From Candidatus Eremiobacteria bacterium (lineage in GTDB: Bacteria > Vulcanimicrobiota > Vulcanimicrobiia > Vulcanimicrobiales > Vulcanimicrobiaceae): DNA of 64,000 bases. How positions within the stretch are numbered: the stretch's first letter is position 1; each line of letters begins with the position of its first letter. Shown here piece after piece: positions 47,254 to 56,250 of this stretch. Location: positions 448,001-512,000 of the forward strand of contig CAVTRC010000001.1 in assembly GCA_963737065.1 (NCBI GenBank). Reading direction: 5' to 3'. Position numbers and translations under genes: made by a program. The notes under the pieces were generated by a model that was not told the origin of the DNA, did no database searches, and was given only the letters and a program-made list of their open reading frames with translations.

Positions 47254-47364
47254 TGAGTAGGAGCCTCCGCGCGAGCACTACTTGGGCTTGCTCAAATGCG
47301 ACTTTGGTAAGAGAACCCCTCCTTCGGAACGGTACGCAGCCAAGCGACGGCGCTCAAAAGCGAA

Positions 47365-47577
47365 CTAGTCGCTGCGCGCGTTTTTCGCATCCTCGGCGGC
47401 TATCGTCGGGTGCGTCTCGTCGTTCGTGTTCCGCGGCTCCGCATCGTTTCGTATAATGACCGGCCGTGGGCCGTTGTCCGACTCGTCGATCGGCGGGTTT
47501 TGATCTTCGTCGCTGTCTAGCGTGCCGCGATCAACGAGCGGGTCGCCGTCGCGAGTGAATTTATTGCGATCAGTCAT
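47365..47577 (-). CDS. Small acidic, probably disordered hypothetical protein
   Basis: 70 aa, Asp/Glu/Pro/Arg-rich; GGTTC-N15-GGGTAC 11 nt before ATG. Confidence 0.65.
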   Translation of the reverse strand: MTDRNKFTRDGDPLVDRGTLDSDEDQNPPIDESDNGPRPVIIRNDAEPRNTNDETHPTIAAEDAKNARSD

Positions 47578-47600
47578 AATGCGGGGTCGTACCCACGCTA

Positions 47601-48116
47601 TTACGATCGGAACCCGGCGCGCGGCGATTCATGCTGGTGCGCGAGCGCAACGAGCGACGCGGCGGCCATGGCCGCGAAATACCCTTTATCGCCTCGCTTG
47701 GGGTCGGCACGCTCAGCTGCCTGTTCCATGTTTTCCGTCGTCAACACGCCGAATCCGATCGGAACGTTGGTGGAAAGTTGCACCGCCATGATTCCGCGAG
47801 CGCATTCGCCCGCGACAAAATCGAAGTGCGGCGTTTCGCCTCGGACGATGGCGCCGAGCGCCACGACGCCGTCCACGTTGTCTTTCGCAATGATGCACTT
47901 CGATGCGAGGGGAAGCTCAAAACAACCCGGCACGTCGTAGACCAGAATGTCGGCGGGCTTTACCCCACACTCGGCGAGCGCATGTTGCGCGCCTTCTACG
48001 AGCAAATCGCTGAGCTCGCGATAGAACCGCGCAGCGATGATTGCAAACCGTTTTCCGGTGCAATCCGGCGCGGGCGAAGCGTTGGTACTTCCGTTCTGTC
48101 CGCTCCGCGGCTTCAC
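47601..48116 (-). CDS. ribH: 6,7-dimethyl-8-ribityllumazine synthase
   Basis: VPGCFELP, LGAIVRGETPHFDFV, FGVLT, ERA..KG motifs. Confidence 0.96.
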   Translation of the reverse strand: MKPRSGQNGSTNASPAPDCTGKRFAIIAARFYRELSDLLVEGAQHALAECGVKPADILVYDVPGCFELPLASKCIIAKDNVDGVVALGAIVRGETPHFDFVAGECARGIMAVQLSTNVPIGFGVLTTENMEQAAERADPKRGDKGYFAAMAAASLVALAHQHESPRAGFRS

Positions 48117-49525
48117 GAAGCGACCGTCTCGTCGAACATGTGGCCGAGTTTGGCGCGCTTTGTCGCCATGTACCGCTTGTTGTGGACGGTCGGCTGCGTT
48201 TGCATCGGCACGCGCCCGACGATCGTCAACCCGTAGCCCTCCAGCCCAAAGATCTTGCGCGGATTGTTCGTGATCAACCGCATCTCTTTGATGCCGATAT
48301 CGGCAAGAATCTGCGAGCCGATACCGTAGTCGCGCTTATCGATCGGAAGTCCAAGCGCGACATTCGCTTCCACGGTGTCGGCGCCGCGATCTTGCAACTC
48401 GTAGGCGCGCAGCTTGTTGGCAAGTCCGATGCCGCGTCCTTCTTGCCGTAGATACAGAAAGACTCCGCGGCCTTCTTTCGCGATCATCGTCATCGCGCCG
48501 TCGCGCTGCGCGGCGCAATCGCAGCGAACCGATTGCAAAGCGTCGCCGGTCAAACACTCGGAGTGCACGCGCACCAACACGTCTTTGCCGTCGCTGATGT
48601 CTCCCATGACGAGCGCGACATGCGTATTGCCGTCGATTGTCGTTTCGTAAGCGACGCCTCTCCAATCGCCCGTCGTCGAAGGCAGCGTGAATTCGGCAAC
48701 TTTTCTTACGAGTTTTTCCGTGCGCATCCGATAGGCGATGAGGTCCTTCACGGTGATCAGCTTAAGGCCGTGGCGATCGGCATACTTGCGTAACCCCTCT
48801 AGACGCTCCATCGTTCCGTCTTCCGCCATGATTTCGCAGATGACGCCGGCCGGGTACAGTCCCGCGAGGCGCGCGAGATCGATCGACGCCTCGGTCTGTC
48901 CTGCCCTCACGAGCACGCCGCCGTCACGCGCGCGCAACGGAAACGTGTGACCGGGGCGCAAGAAATCGGTGGATGTCGCATTTGGATCGATCAGTTTTTT
49001 GATCGTCGCCGCACGATCGTGCGCTGAGATTCCGGTGGTCGTAACGCCGCGAGCTTCTACGGATACGGTAAATGCCGTCTCGTGGACAGCCGTATTTTCA
49101 TTGACCATTTGCGGAATCTGCAGTTGGTCGAGGCGCGTGCCGACCATCGGCACGCAGATGAGGCCCCCGGCCTCCTTGCGCATGAAGTTGATTGCGTCCG
49201 CGCTAACCATCTGTGCCGCCATAACGAGGTCGCCTTCGTTCTCGCGGTCCTCATCGTCGAGCACGACGACCATCTTCCCGGCGCGGACATCATCGACGGC
49301 GTCTTCGATGGAATCGAACTCGCTCTCAGGCTCTTGATCGGCCGACGGCGCGAGTTCGGGCAGCACGTTGGTGAGGCGCCGCAAGGTTCCGTACGACGGT
49401 TCTCTGCGGCCCGAACGCAGAAGCGACACAGCCGATTCCGTCACCCCTGAACGCTGGGCAAGCTCCACTGCGGAAAGACCCGCCGCATCCATCGCAGCGT
49501 TAAGGGCGTCGGCGAACAGACTCAT
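48113..49525 (-). CDS. ribBA: XRE-type HTH fused to bifunctional DHBP synthase / GTP cyclohydrolase II
   Basis: N-terminal ~60 aa HTH (GLSAVELAQRSGVTESAVSLLRSGRREPS), then DDEDRENEGDL, TTGISAHDRA, RVHSECLTGD..RCDC, QEGRGIGL, TNNPRK. ATG at 49525. Confidence 0.95.
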   Translation of the reverse strand: MSLFADALNAAMDAAGLSAVELAQRSGVTESAVSLLRSGRREPSYGTLRRLTNVLPELAPSADQEPESEFDSIEDAVDDVRAGKMVVVLDDEDRENEGDLVMAAQMVSADAINFMRKEAGGLICVPMVGTRLDQLQIPQMVNENTAVHETAFTVSVEARGVTTTGISAHDRAATIKKLIDPNATSTDFLRPGHTFPLRARDGGVLVRAGQTEASIDLARLAGLYPAGVICEIMAEDGTMERLEGLRKYADRHGLKLITVKDLIAYRMRTEKLVRKVAEFTLPSTTGDWRGVAYETTIDGNTHVALVMGDISDGKDVLVRVHSECLTGDALQSVRCDCAAQRDGAMTMIAKEGRGVFLYLRQEGRGIGLANKLRAYELQDRGADTVEANVALGLPIDKRDYGIGSQILADIGIKEMRLITNNPRKIFGLEGYGLTIVGRVPMQTQPTVHNKRYMATKRAKLGHMFDETVAS

Positions 49526-49531
49526 CTCCCC

Positions 49532-49562
49532 ACGGTATGGCGCCGACTTGACAAATGTCAAG
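49532..49562 (-). promoter_or_regulatory. ribBA promoter with a perfect palindromic operator over the -35 box
   Basis: Minus strand TTGACA, 18 nt, TACCGT, 6 nt, ATG. Inverted repeat CTTGACA-aa-TGTCAAG at 49547-49562. Confidence 0.75.
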
Positions 49563-49746
49563 CTAGGCTGCACCGCCTGACTTTGCGTATTACATAGTCC
49601 ATGGGGTTGGTTCGTAGCCGGCCGGTTAGTAGGCAGCGACTTCGCGCGTAAGCGAGCTTGGGCTTTAAACGAACACTTCTTTTGGGTACACTCCGCGTAG
49701 ATTCTGTAATACAATGTAGTACTTACACGGGGGAAGGAGAGCCCCT

Positions 49747-50032
49747 CTGCCTAGGATCACGCGACTGTATTAGGACCAAAACAATGAGGACCCATTTATG
49801 GGAGCGCCGGGTCAGTCCGGAAGACGTAGAGGAAATTCTGTTAGGATGCGACGGCGAGGAACCGACATACCGACAGCGCCGCGACAGCGACTACCTCGTT
49901 ATCTACGGAGAAACCGGAGGCGGAAGGTTACTTAAAATGGTCGGGGAGTTTCTGTCGGATGGGCACTTCAGGGTGTTCAGCGCGATCGACATGGACGACG
50001 ACGAGCGTCGAGCGTATAGAAGGGGGAAATAG
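49747..50032 (+). pseudogene. BrnT-like type II toxin, disrupted by a nonsense codon and a +1 frameshift
   Basis: After AAGGAG: CTG-CCT-AGG-ATC-ACG-CGA-CTG-TAT-TAG-GAC-CAA-AAC-AAT-GAG-GAC-(C)-CAT. Repaired it reads xPRITRLY[W]DQNNEDHLWERRVSPEDVEEI...YGETGGGRLL...RVFSAIDM...ERRAY. Confidence 0.78.
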
Positions 50033-50039
50033 CAGCATC

Positions 50040-50288
50040 ATGGCAGCTGCGGGAAAGAAATCGCATGAACGGATGCTTCGGGAGCTTGAAAGATCGCAAA
50101 GCCACGAGATCGCTAACGCTGAGATCGTAACCGGGGAGCGTGGCGGAAGTGCTCCATTTTCGGTTCGCCTTAGTGCGCCGCTCCTTGAGCGACTTGATCG
50201 TATAGCGCGGCGTGAGAACCGCAAGCGCGGGAATCTAATTCAACACATTTTGTGGGAGTATGTTAGAGCCAGCGAAATGGACGCATAA
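50040..50288 (+). CDS. Ribbon-helix-helix (CopG/BrnA-like) antitoxin
   Basis: FSVRLSAPLLERLDRIARRENRKRGNLIQHILWEYV C-terminal RHH; immediately after the toxin. Confidence 0.82.
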   Translation: MAAAGKKSHERMLRELERSQSHEIANAEIVTGERGGSAPFSVRLSAPLLERLDRIARRENRKRGNLIQHILWEYVRASEMDA

Positions 50289-50600
50289 GCAACTATCTTC
50301 CACACAAAAGAGGACCGATTCACCCGATCCGCTCTCACGCGACGCCCTCGGCTTGGCTCCGCTGCGTGCTATTTTTTTGGATCGTGTTTTTTCTACACCA
50401 ACTGGTGACCTATATGGGACGATGCGCCGAATGTTGCGCGCGAGTCCGGACAGGCATACCGCTTGAGCGAACATGCCGGCATGGCTAGGCACTTACCGGC
50501 CGCGCCGTCTCGTCGACTCTTCGGCATTCCGCCGAACGCCACCGCCATCGCGGTGCGGCTCACGTAATGCCGGGTACCGAAACGCTCGGCACGATGCCAA

Positions 50601-50780
50601 TCACCCAGCCTGAATCGGTGTGATGCAGTGCCCGACGCCGTTCTTATTGCATTTGGGGCAATTCGTCGGGATACTGAACGCGGTTGCTCCTGCCGGCGGC
50701 TCGTTGCGAAGGCTGTCACCGTGCCACAGATGCTTGCACCAGAGGCATATTTTCTTTTCCACGCTCTCAATATTCGGCAC
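50601..50780 (-). CDS. 59-aa CxxC...CPxC small zinc-finger protein, not in the ORF track
   Basis: GTG start: MPNIESVEKKICLWCKHLWHGDSLRNEPPAGATAFSIPTNCPKCNKNGVGHCITPIQAG*; TAAAAT 12 nt upstream. Confidence 0.6.
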   Translation of the reverse strand: MPNIESVEKKICLWCKHLWHGDSLRNEPPAGATAFSIPTNCPKCNKNGVGHCITPIQAG

Positions 50781-50795
50781 GGCGCTTTCGTCATT

Positions 50796-51242
50796 TTACC
50801 TGAGCGTTTGAACGAGCGCTTTGCGCAACTCCTGGGGCAACGGGCGGCTCTTCTTCGTCTCACGATCCATGCACGCGACGGTCAGCGACATTACGGCTGT
50901 CGCATGCTGCGTACGTTCATTGAAAATGACGGTCTTCCAGCGTACGCTCGAACCGCCGACCTTCTCGAGATGCGTGCGCATGCGAAGCCAATCGCCCATC
51001 AGCGCGGGCGCGTGATACTCCGCTTCGGCACGTACGCGCGGCAACCAAAAGTCGAGTTCATCGAAGATCCGCTCATACGGAAATCCGAGTTCGCGGAACA
51101 TTTCCATTTCAGCGTATTCCGCGAACCGCCAGTACGTCGGAAAGTACATGATGCCGGCGATATCGACATCCGCCCATTGCACCGGTAATCGGGCTTCGAA
51201 AACGCGCGCGTTTTCCGGCAGTGTGTCTTTGAATCGCGTCAC
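50796..51242 (-). CDS. Acyl-CoA thioesterase (4HBT/hotdog family)
   Basis: VQWADVDIAGIMYFPTYWRFAEYA motif; GTG overlaps the ribE stop. Confidence 0.88.
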   Translation of the reverse strand: MTRFKDTLPENARVFEARLPVQWADVDIAGIMYFPTYWRFAEYAEMEMFRELGFPYERIFDELDFWLPRVRAEAEYHAPALMGDWLRMRTHLEKVGGSSVRWKTVIFNERTQHATAVMSLTVACMDRETKKSRPLPQELRKALVQTLR

Positions 51243-51853
51243 GCGTTCGCGTCCTTCGACAAGCTCAGGATGACACTTGCGGCGTAGCGCGCCAGCGGGT
51301 CGGCTTCGAGGTTGACCAGCGATCCCGCAACGCGATCCGCGAGAGTCGTGCGCGCCAGTGTTTCGGGAATGAGTGCCAATTCGAACCACCCGTCGCCGGC
51401 GCCCGCAACCGTCAGGCTCACGCCGTCGACTGCGATGAACGCTTTGTCGACGATCATTGGTGCAAGCGACGGCGGGCGCTCGACGCGCAGGCGTTCGCCT
51501 TGACCTTCCGGCGCGCGCGAAAGCACGTGCGCCGTAGCGTCGACGTGACCGTACACGAAGTGGCCACCGATTCGATCGCCGACGCGCAGCGAGTATTCCA
51601 GGTTCACTCGATCGCCTGGCTCCAATGCATCGAAATTGCTCCGTGCGATCGTTTCTGGAACCACGTCGAAACGAAGGCATTCGCCTTCAATCGCCGTGAC
51701 CGTCAAACACACGCCGTTGACTGCGATCGAATCTTTGACTGCCGGCTTCTCGTTTGCGACGCCCTCACATGCGAGGACGAGCGTCATCCCGCCGTTTGCG
51801 AGCCGCTCGCGTGACACGAGCGTTCCGCGGTAACTGATCAGTCCACTAAACAT
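51239..51853 (-). CDS. ribE: Riboflavin synthase (alpha chain)
   Basis: [45 protein letters not shown]. Confidence 0.96.
   Translation of the reverse strand: MFSGLISYRGTLVSRERLANGGMTLVLACEGVANEKPAVKDSIAVNGVCLTVTAIEGECLRFDVVPETIARSNFDALEPGDRVNLEYSLRVGDRIGGHFVYGHVDATAHVLSRAPEGQGERLRVERPPSLAPMIVDKAFIAVDGVSLTVAGAGDGWFELALIPETLARTTLADRVAGSLVNLEADPLARYAASVILSLSKDANA
51251..51275 (-). repeat. REP-like dispersed repeat half embedded in the ribE 3' end
   Basis: TGTCATCCTGAGCTTGTCGAAGGAC (translates as VILSLSKD or CHPELVEG). Degenerate copy at about 5049-5073 on the plus strand. Confidence 0.5.
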
Positions 51854-52937
51854 CGAAAAGCCCGCTTATCACAACGTCACAGCCGATCTGGTCCATGCGG
51901 TCGAACCGCAACCTGCGCCGCAGCGTCGCAAGGTCGGCCCCGGCGAGTACCGGCACCGCAGCCGGTGCCGTCAATAGCACCGGTGCAATTGCCCAATAGA
52001 AGCGGTCGACGATGCGGGCTGCAATCGTCCTCGCAGCGAGCGTCGGTCCGCCTTCGCAGAGGACGCTTTGCACGCCGCGCTCACGCAGCGCGATCACGGC
52101 GTCGCGCAAGTTTAATTGCGACTCGTCGGCACTGCCTACAAACACGACGTCGGCAACTCCGCGCAGATTCGCAAAACGCTCCCGCGCGCCGTTCGGCGCG
52201 AGCACGATCGTCGTTGCATAGCCTTCGATGGGGGCGAATACGCGGCTGTGCTCCGAAACGCTGTCCGTTTCGCAGGCGATGATACGTTTGAACGGCTGCA
52301 GACGATGCGACGGCGGCCGCACGGTCAACTGCGGATCGTCGACACGCACCGTTCCCGCGCCGACCATGATTGCATCGTACGCGATGCGCAGATCGCGAAC
52401 GTAGAGGCGCTCTTCTTCACTCGTGATCCACTCTTGCACGCCGGGTTGCGACGTGATCCGTCCATCGAGCGACATCGCCATCTTTAGTGCGACGAACGGA
52501 CGGTCATGCGTTACCGCGTACGCAAAGGGCTCGATCAACTGGTGCGCTCGCGGCTCGTCGACGAGCTCGATTGCAATGCCGGCCTCGCGCAGCGCGTCGA
52601 TTCCGCCGCCGCTGGTCTTCGGATTCGGATCCCGCGTACCGATCACGACGCGCGCAACACCCGCTTCAATCAATGCGCGCGAACACGCCGGCGTCCGTCC
52701 GATATGGTTGCACGGTTCGAGTGTGACGTACACCGTTGCCCCGCGCGCGTCACCGGCTTGCGTCAGCGCGTTCGCTTCGGCATGCGGGTCGCCCGCGCGG
52801 TGATGATAGCCCTCACCGATGACGCGGCCGTCGCGCACGACGATCGAACCGACCGCCGGATTCGGTGACGTTGACCCAATGCCACGAGCCGCGAGTTCGA
52901 ACGCGCGGTCGAAGAAGAGCTGGTCGAGCGGACTCAC
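51846..52937 (-). CDS. ribD: Bifunctional pyrimidine deaminase/reductase
   Basis: [45 protein letters not shown]. Confidence 0.97.
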   Translation of the reverse strand: MSPLDQLFFDRAFELAARGIGSTSPNPAVGSIVVRDGRVIGEGYHHRAGDPHAEANALTQAGDARGATVYVTLEPCNHIGRTPACSRALIEAGVARVVIGTRDPNPKTSGGGIDALREAGIAIELVDEPRAHQLIEPFAYAVTHDRPFVALKMAMSLDGRITSQPGVQEWITSEEERLYVRDLRIAYDAIMVGAGTVRVDDPQLTVRPPSHRLQPFKRIIACETDSVSEHSRVFAPIEGYATTIVLAPNGARERFANLRGVADVVFVGSADESQLNLRDAVIALRERGVQSVLCEGGPTLAARTIAARIVDRFYWAIAPVLLTAPAAVPVLAGADLATLRRRLRFDRMDQIGCDVVISGLFDV

Positions 52938-53536
52938 GCCCTCCCGTTCGCGACGGCGATAACGAATGCTTTTGCAACGCGAGCGCCGGCCGCGCGCAAC
53001 ACGCCGGCACAATCTTCCAACGTCGCGCCGGTCGTGCACACATCGTCGACAAGCGTCACCGCAACATCGTCGACGAGATCGCTCGGGCAAAGGAAGCGTC
53101 CGCGTGCCGAAAGCCGCTCGATTCGGTTGCGGCCGCGTTGCGTCTCGCGCGCGATGCAGGTCAGCACCGACAGCGTTGCGGCACCCGCGCGGATGCCCGC
53201 CACGCTCGAGATGAGCTCGATACCGTCGAAACCGCGAACGCGCCGGCGCGCGGCCGTTGTCGGAACGGGCACGAGCACATCATCCGGCCGAATCATCGCC
53301 GCCATCCGGGACGCGAGCGCCTCAGCCACGTCGCGCCGTCCGTCTTTCAACGCGTGCACGGCCGAACGCAACGGCCCTATGAAGTCGCCGAGCGCTACGA
53401 CATCGAGCGTGGCTAAACGGCGCTCGACGAACGGCGCGCGGAACGGCACGCACGCCTCGCACAATCCGCTGCCTTGTTTCATGCAGCCCGCGCACTGCTC
53501 GGGGAAGAGAACATCGATGAGCCGGTGGTACATCAC
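52934..53536 (-). CDS. ComF-family phosphoribosyltransferase-like protein
   Basis: N-terminal [31 protein letters not shown]. Confidence 0.9.
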   Translation of the reverse strand: MMYHRLIDVLFPEQCAGCMKQGSGLCEACVPFRAPFVERRLATLDVVALGDFIGPLRSAVHALKDGRRDVAEALASRMAAMIRPDDVLVPVPTTAARRRVRGFDGIELISSVAGIRAGAATLSVLTCIARETQRGRNRIERLSARGRFLCPSDLVDDVAVTLVDDVCTTGATLEDCAGVLRAAGARVAKAFVIAVANGRA

Positions 53537-53571
53537 CCGCTCATTACCGTGAACGCGACGCCGTGGCTAGA

Positions 53572-54600
53572 CTAAATGGTTACTTCTTCATTCGCAACGA
53601 CCGCGCCGCTCAGCGACGCTGATGCTGGAACCTGATACGACTGACCGACGATCGTATCGCGAAGCGTCGCGCGTTCACCGACCCTCGAACCTTGCCAAAT
53701 GATGCTCGCGTCGAGCATGGCGCCCGGTTCGATCCGAACGTCGTCACCGATGACGGACGGCCCGGTGACGCGAACGTTTGCGCCGACGTCAGCCCGCGCA
53801 CCAACCCAGACGTTGTCGCCAATTCGCGCGGAACGGTGAACTTGTGCACTCGGGTCGACTCCATTTGCACGCGTTCCCGGGATACGAAACCGCGCGTTCA
53901 CGACGTCCGCGCTTGCACGCCGATACTCATCGGGCGTTCCGATGTCGCACCAATACGCGCCGCGCGCGTCGTATCCGTAAAACGGCTTCCCGTCCTCGAG
54001 CAGTTCGGGAAAGACTTGTTTCCCAAAGTCGTAGAACTCGTTCGCCGGAATGCGATCGAAAATTTCCGGCGAAAATGCGTAGATTCCCGTGTTAACGAGT
54101 TTGCTGCGCTCCGTCCCCCGTGCAGGCTTCTCTTGGAATCCCGTGATCCGTCCGTCACCGTCGACGACCACGACGCCGTATTGATCGACGTTCGGACGCT
54201 CGACGAGACCGATCGTTGCCACCGCGCGCTTTTCTTCGTGCATCCGCACCAATCGATCGATGGGAAGATCCGTAAGATCATCGCAGCCCACGACGACAAA
54301 ATTGTGGTCTCCGAAAAAGCGCTGCAATGGCTTCACCGCGCCGGCGCTTCCCATCAGTACCTCCTCGTGTAAGTATTCCAGCCGCACGCCGAACGCGGAA
54401 CCGCTGCCGAGTGTCTGCACGATCGCATCTGCCAGATAGTGGACGTTGATTGCGATCTCGTCGTAGCCGTATGATTGCAAATAGCGGATCAAGTGAACGG
54501 CATTCGGAACGCCGGCGACCGGCACGAGCGGCTTCGGCACCGCTTTGGTAAGCGGGTAGAGGCGCGTCGAAAGACCGCCGGCAAGAATCATCGCCTTCAC
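53572..54600 (-). CDS. NDP-sugar pyrophosphorylase (mannose-1-phosphate guanylyltransferase-like)
   Basis: AMILAGGLSTRLYPLT..PKPL, FQEKP, YWCDIGT, C-terminal hexapeptide repeats. Confidence 0.92.
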   Translation of the reverse strand: MKAMILAGGLSTRLYPLTKAVPKPLVPVAGVPNAVHLIRYLQSYGYDEIAINVHYLADAIVQTLGSGSAFGVRLEYLHEEVLMGSAGAVKPLQRFFGDHNFVVVGCDDLTDLPIDRLVRMHEEKRAVATIGLVERPNVDQYGVVVVDGDGRITGFQEKPARGTERSKLVNTGIYAFSPEIFDRIPANEFYDFGKQVFPELLEDGKPFYGYDARGAYWCDIGTPDEYRRASADVVNARFRIPGTRANGVDPSAQVHRSARIGDNVWVGARADVGANVRVTGPSVIGDDVRIEPGAMLDASIIWQGSRVGERATLRDTIVGQSYQVPASASLSGAVVANEEVTI

Positions 54601-55352
54601 GTATTGCTCATTCCCTTCCCGCGGCCAGTCCTTAACTGCTCGCGTAGTACGAGCCACACAAAATACGGAAGCGCGAGCTGGCGGCGTAAGCGTTGCGGTT
54701 CGCGAATCAAGCGATACAGCCACTCCAAGCCTAGCCGCCTCCAAACCTGCGGGGCACGCTGCACGCGGCCGCTCAGCACGTCAAACGAACCGCCGACACC
54801 GACGGCAGCACCGCACCCGGTCGCTCGCAAATTGCGCGCGAGCCACATCTCTTGCCGTGGCGATCCCAACCCCACGAAGAGCAAGCCCGCGCCGCTCGAA
54901 CGAATCGCTGCTACGATCTGCGGCTCGTCGTCCGATGCAAAGAACCCGTTGCGCATACCCGCGACCTGCAATCCCGGGAAGCGCGCCTCGAGAATCGACG
55001 CCGTATCTACTGCGACGCCTTGCGCGCCGCCGAAGAAATATACGCCGACACCGTCGCTTGCGGCACGCAGACAAAGACGCTCGACCAATTCAACACCCGT
55101 TACCCGGTCGCGCAGTTGCGCGCCTCGACCGCGCGCTACGGCGAGCAATCCCACGGTGTCGCAGAGCGAAAGCGCGCAGCCGTTCACGACGTTGCGAAAC
55201 GATGAGTCACGTTGCGCGTATACCACCATTTCGGTACCGAGCGTTACGATCTGCGCCGATGCACGATCGCGAACGAACTGCATGATGCGATCGCTCGCCG
55301 CAGCGGCATCGAGCAGATCGAGGCGGCATCCGAGGATCTCGATCGATTGCAC
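54597..55352 (-). CDS. WecB/TagA/CpsF-family glycosyltransferase
   Basis: RVTGVEL, FVGLGSPRQE, GVGGSFDV, RAP..GLEWLYRL..EP.R. Confidence 0.94.
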   Translation of the reverse strand: MQSIEILGCRLDLLDAAAASDRIMQFVRDRASAQIVTLGTEMVVYAQRDSSFRNVVNGCALSLCDTVGLLAVARGRGAQLRDRVTGVELVERLCLRAASDGVGVYFFGGAQGVAVDTASILEARFPGLQVAGMRNGFFASDDEPQIVAAIRSSGAGLLFVGLGSPRQEMWLARNLRATGCGAAVGVGGSFDVLSGRVQRAPQVWRRLGLEWLYRLIREPQRLRRQLALPYFVWLVLREQLRTGRGKGMSNT

Positions 55353-55362
55353 GTAGTGAAGG

Positions 55363-56250
55363 TTAAGCGTGTGCGAGATATGGTGCCAGCAGTGGACGCA
55401 AGCGTTCCGCGACGGCATTCGGAGTTTCGTCGAGCGGCAAACGGCACGATCCGGCGCTAAAGCCCATCTGGTTCATCGCCCACTTGACGGCAATCGGATT
55501 GGTCGTTGCGAACAGCGCATCGATCAATGCGAGCAGCGAACGGTGAATTGAAGCCGCCTTCCGCGTGTCGCCGGATTGAAACGACGCGTGCAGCTCGCGA
55601 TACTCGCGCGAGCATAGATGCGATGCAACGCCGACCACGCCGTCGGCACCGACCGCTAGCGACGGCAAGAATAGGTGATCGTCGCCCGCCCACACCTTGA
55701 ATCCATCGCGGCGATCGCGCACAACGGTCGCAATCTGTTTAAGGTCGCCGCTCGACTCTTTGACGCCTGCGAGGTTACGGTGTCGCCGCATGAGTTCGAG
55801 GAGCGTCTCCGGCAGCATATTGGCCGCGGTGCGTCCGGGAATGTTGTACACGACGACCGGCAACGGCGTTGCATCGGCGATGGCGCCGAAGTATGCGAGC
55901 ATTCCGCTTTGCGTCGGCTTCACGTACGGCGGTACGACGACGAGAAGCCCGTCCGCGCCCGCAGCCTGTGCGGCGTTCGCTCCGGCGATCGTTGTGCGTA
56001 CGTCGTTACTGCCCACGTTGGCAATAACGGCTGCCCTTTCGCCCACGGCCTCTTTGATCGCGCGGAATAGGTCCGCACGTTCACTCGAATCGAGCGCCAT
56101 CCCCTCGCCGGTGGAACCGGCCACCACGAGACCGTCGTTACCGCGGTCCACGAGCCACCGCGCAAGCCGTTGCGCCTCCGCAACGTGCACGTTGCCGTGG
56201 CTGTCGAACGGGGTGACCATCGCCGTGATAATGGTGCCAAGGTCGTTCAT
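55363..56250 (-). CDS. dapA: 4-hydroxy-tetrahydrodipicolinate synthase
   Basis: TAMVTPF, GSTGE, YNIPGRT, VKESSG, TNPIAVK. Confidence 0.96.
   Translation of the reverse strand: MNDLGTIITAMVTPFDSHGNVHVAEAQRLARWLVDRGNDGLVVAGSTGEGMALDSSERADLFRAIKEAVGERAAVIANVGSNDVRTTIAGANAAQAAGADGLLVVVPPYVKPTQSGMLAYFGAIADATPLPVVVYNIPGRTAANMLPETLLELMRRHRNLAGVKESSGDLKQIATVVRDRRDGFKVWAGDDHLFLPSLAVGADGVVGVASHLCSREYRELHASFQSGDTRKAASIHRSLLALIDALFATTNPIAVKWAMNQMGFSAGSCRLPLDETPNAVAERLRPLLAPYLAHA

Noticed and set aside
49526..49720. FMN riboswitch upstream of ribBA, and the 533-aa long start at 49714
   Set aside because: No RFN conserved segments are visible. The promoter sits directly before ATG 49525, so the extension is unlikely to be translated.
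50235..50863. ORFs 50393-50863, 50235-50492 and 50260-50466
   Set aside because: No motifs and atypical composition. The 59-aa Cys-patterned ORF explains part of the region; 50290-50600 remains unexplained.
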